A stretch of DNA of 60,764 bases from Octopus sinensis (lineage: Eukaryota). The DNA lies in NCBI RefSeq assembly GCF_006345805.1, contig NW_021833682.1:1-60764 (forward strand), read 5' to 3'. Every line of letters starts with the position of its first letter. Position 1 is the stretch's first letter. The position numbers were made by a program, and so were the translations under genes. Of the stretch, positions 49,690-60,764 are shown piece by piece. The notes beneath the pieces are model-generated. The model was not told where the DNA came from. It made no database searches and was given only the letters and a program-made list of their open reading frames with translations.

Positions 49690-50070
49690 AAAATGCATGG
49701 TTCCGGGTTCAGTCCCATTGCGTGGCATCTTGGGCAAGTGTCTTCTGCTATAGCCCCGGGCCGACCAATGCCTTGTGAGTGGATTTGGTAGACGGAAACT
49801 GAAAGAAGCCTGTCGTATATATGTATGTATATATATATATGTGTGTGTGTGTATGTTTGTGTGTCTGTGTTTGTCCCCCTAGCATTGCTTGACAACCGAT
49901 GTTGGTGTGTTTACGTCCCCGTCACTTAGCGGTTCGGTAAAAGAGACCGATAGAATAAGTACTGGACTTACAAAGAATAAGTCCCGGGGTCGATTTGCTC
50001 GACTAAAGGCGGTGCTCCAGCATGGCCGCAGTCAAATGACTGAAACAAGTAAAAGAGAGTAAAGAGTAAA
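49690..50070 (+). mobile_element. SINE-A, slightly 5'-truncated
   Basis: High identity to the other copies. Confidence 0.9.
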
Positions 50071-50319
50071 CTCTAAATCAGTATTTCAGATATTTCAATA
50101 CATTTATTGCGGTTGTAATAAATATTCATTGAAATGTATCAGGGACATACAGCCTTGGATCAAAAGTTGAACCCGATGTGTATAAGGAGTATAGCAATTA
50201 TATACGCTGAGATCACATACGTAGATGTTGAACACTCAAAGCCTATCTGCGTGAATGTGCGTACATGTATGTATGTGTGTGTGAATGTATATGTGTATGT
50301 GTGTGTGTGTGTATAGGTG

Positions 50320-50860
<541 letters not shown>

Positions 50861-51373
50861 ATATACAAACGCACAATTTTTACACGGACACAGTTATCGA
50901 TCATTTTATATACTTATAACGAAAGAGGCCCCGTGTTTCTTTCTTTCTTTGAGTGTGTTGAAAGTATTTCGGTGCGGCTAGAAATCGGTAAATGTACTCA
51001 CAAGAGGACAAATGTTTGGTCGGTAAGTGTCCGAAGGTTGTTCAGTACAAAACCAACTTACAACAGACAAAAGACCAATTTAATGCCTCCTTCTTTCTCT
51101 CCTTCTTTCTCTCCTTCCTTCCTTCCTTCCTTCCATTCTCTCTTTCATTCATTTCTTTCTACTTACTATTTTATTTCTTTCCTTCCTTTTTTTCTCTTTT
51201 TTCTCACACTAAATTCCATCTCCACGCTGACCAATTCTCAATTAGCTGAAGAACTCCAAGAATTACTCCTTCTCTCTCTCTGCCTCTTACCTTTACTTTC
51301 TCAATATCTCCCTCTCTATATCACTCACCCTCACCTTCTATGTATCTGCTTTTCTGTCTCTCTTTCTCTTTCC

Positions 51374-51410
<37 letters not shown>

Positions 51411-52461
51411 CCTCTCTCTTTCACTTCCTCGCTAACTACTTTTCTATCTCTCTCACCCCCTCTCTTTCACAGTATTTACCTCCCTCCTCGTCTCTTTTCT
51501 TACCAATTCCATTGTCCAACAAGCAGAGTACAAGGAAGAGGAAAGTGTTGTTGTTGTTTCTGTTGTTTTTTATTTTGGCTTCCCCCCCCCATGTTTTTCT
51601 CTCCTCAACATACACCGTCGCACAGAAAGAAACGCAACACGGTGACTGAGGCGGGGCTCGAACTTGCGATTTTACAACTTATAAGGGAGCACGCTATCCA
51701 CCCTCCCTCTGCAATTTTTCAAAAAGATATCTGAATCAACGGGAAGTACTTTTTGCCGAAATTCTCGAGTGTCCAAAGAGATCGAGGGACCGTGACGATA
51801 AGGAATTCTTGAACGAACAGACGACAGTTCTAAGAGTTGTTTTACCAGATCCCAGAAAAGAGGAACCCTGGCGGATAGACCAGCTATTGCCAATAGGGAG
51901 AAGAGGAGGAGGATGCGGAAGAAGAGGGCTAAAGATCGAGAAAAGAAAAGAAGAAGAGAAAGAAAAATTGAAGTGGAAAGAATACGAGAGAACGAGAGGA
52001 ATCGAGAAAGAGATTATTTTCGTAAGAAGGAAGAGGAACGAGCCAAAGACAACAGTAAGGACCGCGGTGCAGCTTCTAACAGAGGCGGTGGAGTTTGCTG
52101 TGTGTGTCTGTAAGAGGACGGTAACGGCAAGATCTTGGCAAACGCGCCGTTGAGGGCAGCAGGATTGGAAAACAAGGTAGGAAAATGAGTGAATGTGAGA
52201 GAGGAGAGAGAGAGAGTAATATGAAGAGAGGTGGAGAAAGAGAGAGAAAAAATGGAGAGTAAGGCTTGGAGAGTCTTTTATTCTTTTATATGTTTCAGCC
52301 CTGTGGCTGCGGCCATGCTGGGGCACCGCCAGTGAATATTTAATTTTAAGTTCTTGTTATATTGTTATAGGCTCATGGCAATGGCATTAATAACCCCAAA
52401 TTCTGTTTTACATTATCTACGAAAGAGACAATCCACCTAAACGAAATAATTACAACCTCAA

Positions 52462-52463
52462 AC

Positions 52464-52515
<52 letters not shown>

Positions 52516-52874
52516 GTCTGTCTGTCTGTCTGTCTGTCTGCCTGTCTGTATGTCTGTCTGTCTGTCTGTCTGTCTGTCTTTCTACCTATCTCTATATCTA
52601 TCTATCTACCTATCTGTCTGTCTATCTATCTATCTGTCTTTCTATCTATCTCTATCTATCCATCTATCTGCCTATTTGTGTGTCTGTCTGTCTACCTATC
52701 TATCTATCTACCTATCTGTCTGTCTGTCTATTTGTGTGTATGTCTGTCTGTCTGTATGTATGTATGTATGTATGTGTGTATGTATGTATATTGTCGATCT
52801 CTGCATAGACAGAGAGACCGACATACATACAGACATACAGACAGATAGACAGACAGAGATAGACAGACAGACAA

Positions 52875-52965
<91 letters not shown>
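52462..52965. repeat. Oppositely oriented (TCTA/TCTG)n and (AGAC/AGAT)n arrays
   Basis: Direct reading. Confidence 0.9.
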
Positions 52966-53367
52966 TCCACCAAAAACTGAACATGGATACTATTGCATCC
53001 GAAAAAGTTACCAAATACTTCTGTCACTAAATTTATAAAATCCGAAAGCCAGCCTTTATAGATTTTAGAATCGGGTCTACTTCTCTCCTTTTCAGCTGAC
53101 AGAATTATTTTATGATAAACACTTGATAAAAAAAAATCCGTTTCGTTTATATTATAAATCTGCCACGGAATTAAATGGCCAACTTAACGGTCAAAGACTG
53201 GCCCAGCCATGTCTAACTTAATGGCACCACCTCATAGGAATGTTCATTCATTTTTAAAACAAGTTTTGTTGTATCATTACGGAGATGTACTCGCATAGCA
53301 AGTAATTTGATCTGAGATCGTGTGCTGGAACGAAAACAATTGCAGCGTGGAAGGTGTTTATAAGCCA

Positions 53368-53753
53368 CTAGCAGTATCGCCCGGCGTTGCTCAGGTTTGT
53401 AAGGGAAATAACTATAAAGCATTTTTAGAGAGTTATAGCCAAAAAATAGCAAAAAAATGGAAAAAATGATGGTAAATTTTTTTTTGAGAGTTAAAAAAGG
53501 ATGGAGTTGCGTCCCCTAGACAGTTTGTGGTTCGTGTTTCTGATTCTCGACCCCATGTCGAATTTATCGATTTTTTTCAGAACTGGGGAAACGTTTCAAA
53601 ATTTTGGCTGCGTTAGTTTTGAATTATGACATTGGGCTATGTGTGTGTCAAGTTTCATCAGAATCGGTTGAAAGCCGTGGTCAGGGTGAGGGTATAAGCA
53701 AACAGACACACAGAAACACGCACAGACAAACTGCCGTTTATATATAGAGAGAT
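53368..53753 (+). mobile_element. Helentron-associated (HINE-like) element
   Basis: Same 5' end as 33243; 3' cagacaaactgccgtttatatatagagagat followed by TT. Confidence 0.7.
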
Positions 53754-53879
53754 TTAAGAAACACACAAAAGCCGTTCGATTCACTTCAACATTTAAGTTT
53801 AATTTGTCAAAATATTTTCGTCGTTAAAATCCGCGACCTGTTCACTGACAAAAATCCGTGCTGCATCTCTGTTGTATCA

Positions 53880-54310
53880 TGGCCCATTGAAATAGGGAGT
53901 TGTTGTTGACTGAGATGTACCCAAGTACAGGTGGCTTATTTTGGTATCCCTTGAAGAAATTTGTCCAGGTTTCTTTTCGAAGTGATGGAATCTTTTTTCC
54001 TTCTTTGAATTTTTTTTTTTTTTTTTGGTGGGGCGTGGGCGGATAATGTAAAATAGAGCGAGGCCTATTGAGGAAAAAAGAATTGTTTTGCAGTAAATGT
54101 TTGATTTGAGTCTGAATTGTGTAAGAGACGTATGGCACATGGCCCCCATCCTTGGATGAATTCTGAATCTAATGTTAAGGCCGTTTGGGCAACGTTGGCG
54201 GTATATTCTGCACATTGTACAAATGATGGAACACTCACGGTGGCCGTGGAGAGAATAAATATTCAAGGTATTCAGGTAAATCATTTTTCTTTTTAGCTAA
54301 CCCATCAAAT
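53880..54310 (-). mobile_element. Degenerate CR1-like LINE 3' coding end
   Basis: LNTLNIYSL..RE..I..M.RIYRQRCPN.LNI.F.IHPR.G; FSSIG.ALF.II; KRNLDKFLQGIP..PPVLGYISVNNNSL across frames. Confidence 0.6.
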
Positions 54311-55114
54311 ATGTCATTGTATTTCTTTTTCAGTAGCCTTTAATAACTGCCAAACTTTCTAAAACCCCGCAACAGCAAACGTGCAAGCTTCCATTATAAC
54401 CGAATGTCCGTTAAACCGTTTGGCCTTTTCAATAGTCATTATCCCTGAAGTCTTTATATTCTTCGATCTTTTTGCACAAACGTAAATGTGACCCCTAATT
54501 CTCTTTGCCACACAAGCTCTCCTTGTCTTTGAATGAACCATAAATTCCATTTGCTAATTCTTTTCTTCCTTAATACCATAAATTCTTAAAAACCTGCTCT
54601 GTATACTATTCACGCATGAGAGAATCAGTGTTACCATTTCTTTCCAAACTCCGATTTATTGTAAATTTTTGCTGGAATATCAATTCAGTTGCATTGCTTC
54701 TTTGCACATCTTCCTTAATAGGGTCGGAATATTTGTTCATATTGGAAACCATGTTTCACTAATGGACGGACAACTTTACAAATAGACAGAAGTCCTGTTC
54801 TTTTCAATGATGTTGGCGCCCAGGGCCAGTGCTTACGGAAAAAAAATTTGGCGAACTGCAACAAACGGTTCTGGATTACTGGAACTTTACTGTATGTGCA
54901 ATATAAGGGAGTGATCGAGGGAGTTGAAGAAACATTGGATTGAGCATTGTCCTTGTAATTAGGAGAGAAAACTTCCTCTAGCAGTGTTAAAAGTATAAAA
55001 ATAACATTAGCTTATATAAAATTTGGGGAAATAAAACCATGCAGTCAGAACTGGGAGCATGTCTTCAAAAACAATAAGCCCTGTGTGGGTGTAGAAACAG
55101 ACACAGAGAAACAG

Positions 55115-55145
<31 letters not shown>

Positions 55146-55424
55146 AATATATATATATATATATAGCCGTCTAAGAATCATAATAAAAATAAAAAGATAT
55201 GCACAGTTACATTTGTCTGTAGAGCGGGTATTTTCATTGAAGTGCACAGTATTATATATACATTACAGCCGATCTTACCGATCGGTTTCGCATTAGAGAT
55301 TCAACGGAGTGTTAAGTAACAGTTCCGTTATATAACTGCGCTCTTCAGAGATGACCATAATGAAACATTTCACCCTTAGCGCGAAACCAGTCGCTAAGAT
55401 CGGCCATAATTGATATATAATACT

Positions 55425-55635
55425 TTCTATCATAGGCACAAAGACTGAAATTTGGTTGGGAGGGGCCAGTCGATTACATCGACTCCAGTACCCAACTGGT
55501 ACTTAATTTATCGACCCCGAAAGGATAAAAGGTAAAGTCAACCTCGGCTGAATTTGAACTCAGAACGTAGCGACGGGTGAAATATTGCTAAGCATTTCAT
55601 CCAGCGTGCTAACGATTCTGCCAGCTCACCGCCTT
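55425..55635 (-). mobile_element. SINE-B monomer, tail type 2
   Basis: Similarity to the other copies. Confidence 0.85.
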
Positions 55636-55670
55636 AATGGGTATATAACACTGTACAAAACGATTATTAT

Positions 55671-55714
<44 letters not shown>

Positions 55715-56293
55715 TATATATATATACTATATATATATATATATTATTTATATTATATATTATATATTGTATGTATGTAGTATGTATGTATGTATATAGG
55801 AGGAAGAAAATGGAGATTTTGAAGTAATTATCGCAAGAGTTTATTATCAGCAACAAATTGATCATTATCCCTTACAGCTGTTTCAGTTATACACAATGAA
55901 ATTATTTAAATACTAAGTTCATATTTCTGAGCATAATCTCTTCAGAGGGAAGAAATATAATCTTAGATGTTTTGTATGTTTATTTGTAGATTTGCTTTGA
56001 AATATGAACTTAATATTTAATTAATTTCACTGTGTATGATTGAAACGGCTGTAAGGGACAATGATCGATTTATTACTGATAATAAACTGTTATTAACTTC
56101 AAAATCTCCATTTTCTTCTTCTTCGTTGACATGAATGTAAACCACAGTTAATATACAAACCTATTATTCTAAGGAAATCAATTCCCTCCCCCTACCTAAA
56201 TATTAGGTATTGAAGCGGTATTTCCTGGATGACACCATCCCTTCAAGAGGTTAACACAACTTCTGAATTATATATATATATATATATATATAT

Positions 56294-56341
<48 letters not shown>

Positions 56342-56469
56342 ATATATTATATATATATATTTATATATATATAATATATATATATATTATATATATCAGC
56401 ATGGCCACAGCTCGTGAGCTGAAACTAGATAAAATAAAAATAAATAAATAAATAAAATATATTATTTAT

Positions 56470-56900
56470 TCTTTTACTTGTTTCAGTCACTTGACTGTGG
56501 CCATGCTGGAGCAACGCCTTTTAGTCGAAGAAATCAACCCCTGGTCTTATTCTTTGTAAGCCTGGTACTTATTCTATCGGACCTTGTTTTCAAACTGCTA
56601 CGTTACGAGGACGTAAACACACCAACATCGGTTGTCAAATGATGGTTGGGGGTACGAACACAGACACAAACATACACACATAAATACACACACACATACG
56701 CGCACACACACATACGCACACACACACATATACATATATATACGACGGGCTTCTTGCAGTTTCCGTTTACCAAATTCACGCACGAGGATTTGGTCTGCCC
56801 GAGGCTATAGTAGAAGACACCTGCCCAAGGTGCCACGCAGCAGGACTCAACCCGGAACCATGTGGTTGGTAAGAAAGCTTCTTACCACATAGCCACACCT
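56470..56900 (-). mobile_element. SINE-A full copy, diverged
   Basis: Similarity to the other copies. Confidence 0.88.
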
Positions 56901-56992
56901 ACGCCTATATGTGTTTGCATGTGTGTGTGTGTGTTGTGTGTGTGTGTGTGTGTGTGTGTGAGTGTGTGTATATGCATGCGTGTGTGTGTATA

Positions 56993-57238
56993 TTGGGTTG
57001 ATGCATAATTATTGTGGCTTTTTTCAACAAATTTTATTCAACAAAAACAATAACAACATGTAACAAAAACATCTTTAATGATTATTCCGGAGCATATTCA
57101 CCATCTACTTCGATACTGCTTCCCATTTGCTTGGCAGATGTCAGAATAATATTTAAAGACAATTTTTGGTTAAACATTGTCATGTTTTGTTGAATAAAAT
57201 TGTTGAAAAGAAGCCGCAATAATTATGCACCAACCCAA
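56993..57238 (-). mobile_element. Mariner-derived MITE with TA TSD
   Basis: ~55-bp TIRs (ttgggttggtgcataattattgcggc...), TA on both sides, and an internal minus-strand LPSKWEAV..VDGEY transposase C-terminus. Confidence 0.85.
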
Positions 57239-57339
57239 TATTTATATATATGCATGTGTGTATGTATGTATGTATGTATATATATATATATATATACATA
57301 ATATATATTATATATATATATTATATAATATATATATAT

Positions 57340-57381
<42 letters not shown>

Positions 57382-58004
57382 AAATTAATCAAAAAAAAAA
57401 CATGATGCAAGGATTCAGCGGTACATATGTTTCGGGCCTTTATTAGACGGATTTATAACAATGCATAATGTGCGTCTGTGGCCTTTTTCAGCCGCGTACA
57501 ACTACTTCCACAAGGACATGTATTACATCAACAATTCTTGGGGATGCAAATCCTCTCATTCGCGTACGACGTAATGCGGCAACAGCATAAAAATGAAGCG
57601 TCCATCTCGTTCTTCTCTCAATGTAGAATGAGGAAGTTTGGATGTTGAAGTAATATAAATAAATTAATAAATAAATATATACACATATAAATATATAAAT
57701 ACAGACAGACGTGAAGGAACCTGGTAATAAGAGCAAATAGAGATAAAAGATGGAGGGGCGAGAATTCAGGACGAAGGATAAAAAATATATAAAAAGTGTA
57801 AGTATAGAAAAATATAAAAATGTAGAGTATAAGATATAAGAGATTAAAATATATAAAAAATGTAAATGAATATAAGGTATAAAGTTATAAAAAATAAAAA
57901 AAAGTGTAAAAGAATATAAGGATAAGGGATATATAGTAGTTACGGACCAAACATGGTGGTCAGGAAAATGACAAAACCACAATTATCAAGTACTCACCCC
58001 GAAT

Positions 58005-58043
<39 letters not shown>

Positions 58044-58104
58044 TATATATATGTGTGTGTGTGTATGTGTGTGTATGTGTGTGTATGTATATATATACAT
58101 GTGT

Positions 58105-58480
58105 GGGGGTGCTGTGTGGTAAGAAGCTTGCTTGCTTCCCAAGCACATGCTTCCGGGTTCAGTCCCACTGCGCGGCACCTTGGGCAAGTGTCTTCTACTA
58201 TAGCCTCGGGTCGACCAAAGCCTTGTGATTGGGTTTGGTAGACGGAAACTAAAAGAAGATGCCGTGTGTGTGTGTGCGCGCACGCGCGTGTATCTGTCCT
58301 CCACCGCCGCTTGACAACCGGTGTTGGTGACATTACGACCCTATAGCTTAGCGGTTCAGAAAAGATAGAATAAGTATCAAGTTCTAAGTACCGGAGTCTA
58401 TTCGTTCGACTAACTTTCTTCAAAGCGGTGCTCCAGCATGGCCATAGTCTAAAGACTGAAACGAGAAAAAGAATACAATT
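58105..58480 (+). mobile_element. SINE-A, diverged
   Basis: Head gctgtgtggtaagaagc...gggttcagtccc; tail gtgctccagcatggcc...gaaacgagaaaaaga. Confidence 0.8.
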
Positions 58481-58959
58481 AATATGTCACTAATTCAAAA
58501 TAATATATTTATCAATCAATCGTTTGGCGAATAAATAAAAGTCATTTTAATCGTTGTATCGATATTAGTGAAACTCTTCGATTTCGTTTCATAGTTTATC
58601 GTCAATTGTTTTATGTCTAATGTTAACAATCGCCTCCACCATCGATTATGTCTTTGATGTCCTTCTAGAGTAACGGCTTTTCTTACAAGGACAGCAGCAG
58701 CAGACGAAGCGACAAAGGTCAGCTGGGTAACGTTTTTATGGCTTCGGAAACGGTAAAATGATCGTCTCAGACACGCAATTTGTGAAATTTCAGAGAAATA
58801 GACATTTCAAAACACATACACACATTGTGTGTATTTTGTGTCTGTGTGTATACATCATACATATATTATATATATATATATTTTTATATACAATACATAC
58901 AACATACATACATACACCCACACATATCTATATATATATATATCTATAATATTAATATA

Positions 58960-59222
58960 ATAAATATTAGGAATAAATCCAATTACAGGGAAAAAATCAG
59001 ATTTAGGATTAAATCCAATTTTATAGTAAAATATTATAAAATATATTAGAGACAAAACCACTATTTTGCAAAACAAACAAGGAAAGACTTAATCAATACA
59101 AAAATTTTAATAAATAGTCAAAAAAACCGCCACTGACTATTTATTAAAATTTTATGTATTGATTAAGTCTTTCCTTGTTTGTTTTGCAAATAGTGGTTTT
59201 GTCTCTAATAATATTTTATATA
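58960..59222. mobile_element. Sister copy of the 10240-10657 fold-back lacking the ribozyme-containing centre
   Basis: Near-identical arms and left extension; junction aaaaccgccac|tgactatt. Confidence 0.85.
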
Positions 59223-59299
59223 TATATATATATAATAATATATATACATACATACATACACCACACACATTATATATATACATACATACATACATACAT

Positions 59300-59360
<61 letters not shown>

Positions 59361-59386
59361 ACATATATGAATGTGTGTGGTGTATA

Positions 59387-59421
<35 letters not shown>

Positions 59422-59469
59422 GTACGTACGTTATCTTCTGTGTTTAATTATTTAAATTCTTCCTCGGAG

Positions 59470-60140
59470 GAAAGAGCTTGTTTCTAGCAAAGATACAAAG
59501 CTCTATCGTTGGAATATTGATAATAAAAACATCGTCGCATTTTAAACTTGAGGAAAGTCTTGCATATTTTTGCTGTTTCATTTAAAGATTGCATTTGTAA
59601 TATGCGAGTTAGCTGGATGAGGTCTTTTTCTGAAAATCCTAGCTTATCCACGCTGTCACTTAGGTATTTACTCACGAAACCAAATGTATTATTTCTTATT
59701 GATATAAATGTGAATTTCTAATCTGGTTATAGAAGCAGATTTCGAAACAGTTGTCCATAGTTATCATCTTTATCTTTGGTTTTCAAAGAAAAATTCTTAT
59801 CAGCGGGAAGCTGGCTTTTATGACGCTACATGCTTTTTCTTGTCTGTCCCAAATAACAATATCCGTCCTGTTATCTTACACTTGATAGACGTTTTGATGG
59901 GAATGTTCCACCAGTATTCACGGTGTTGATGTTTATATTCAATAACAGAGGAATTCCTATGCATTTATTCCAGCACAGTTCTTTTCTTACGAATGGCATA
60001 GAATATTGTTTTTGCGTCAACGTCATATCGCATAGAACGGTAGCACCTTGGTGACATTTTTGGCCAGCTGCTAATCACATGTGTGATGTCTTCCTCAGAA
60101 AGATGACAATTTATATTTTCGGTTGCATCTTGGAACTGCC
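59470..60140 (-). mobile_element. Degenerate RLE-type LINE 3' fragment (family distinct from the Dong copies)
   Basis: EDITHVISS.PKMS.R.Y..MR.DV; YWWNIPIKTSIKC..NRTDIVIWD..EKAC; ILQMQSLNETAKICKTFLKF. Confidence 0.7.
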
Positions 60141-60274
60141 GTACCCTGTATATGTGTGTATATGTGAGCGTAGGTGTTTGTGTGTGTGTGTATACACGCA
60201 TATTCACATGCAAACACACATACACACACATACACACATTTATATATAGATAGATATACGTATTCATAAATACG

Positions 60275-60307
<33 letters not shown>

Positions 60308-60722
60308 AAAATATAAATAATATATATATATGCATATATACATACATATATGTACATACTTACATATATATGTATATACATATGTATATATGGACACAGG
60401 ACGTCAAAGGACGTAAACAACATGAAATACGAAAACCGGGAATACGAACTTTTTTGCGAACAACGAAAGAAACAAATGGAAAACAAGACAAGCAAATGGA
60501 AATATCTCTGTCTATATAAATCCGGAAGAAGAATATATATATAATCCGGCAATAATCTGATAACTCTGCATCGGCAAGGATTTCTATAAAATATGTAAAA
60601 AGAAATAAGTGAATGGGGTAGAGTGAACTTGCCGTGAGGAGTGGAATATCCAACAATTTGGATTCAATCCTTCGTCGGGGGGAAGAGAAAAAAAGAAAAG
60701 GAGTAAAAAGTAAAAAGTCAAA

Positions 60723-60764
60723 AAGGAGTGGCTGTGTGGTAAGTAGCTTGCTTACCAGCCACAT
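60723..60764 (+). mobile_element. SINE-A head running off the window
   Basis: aggagtggctgtgtggtaagtagcttgcttaccagccacat. Confidence 0.85.

Noticed and set aside
55305-55410. 25-bp imperfect IR with gcgaaacc motifs
   Set aside because: Too short and degenerate to assign a ribozyme or element type.

Overview
AT-rich eukaryotic, repeat-dominated DNA. The SINE families, the microsatellite load and the LINE types look like an octopod cephalopod (Octopus) intron or intergenic region; the organism is inferred, not proven. No host protein-coding exon, rRNA, true tRNA or CRISPR array is recognisable, and most listed ORFs are microsatellite translations. Recognisable content: three to four tRNA-headed SINE families (about 25 copies, several with clean TSDs); fragments of R4/Dong-type restriction-like-endonuclease LINEs sitting in (TAA)n; RTE, Tx1 and CR1-like LINE fragments; MULE (FLYWCH+DDE) and hAT Charlie/Buster transposase remnants; mariner/pogo MITEs; and Helentron-like non-autonomous elements. 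The most striking unexplained layer is a set of young, near-perfect fold-back (inverted-repeat) elements inserted in (TA)n. Several carry minimal type-I hammerhead ribozyme motifs of the kind known from Penelope-like elements. One sister copy breaks exactly at the predicted ribozyme cleavage site, and one family repeatedly shows a non-canonical CUGU(U/A)GA core. Also notable are RTE 3' ends with tandem C2H2 fingers and a (TTAGGG)3 insertion flanked by an 8-bp duplication. All coordinates were read by eye and may be off by a few bases.
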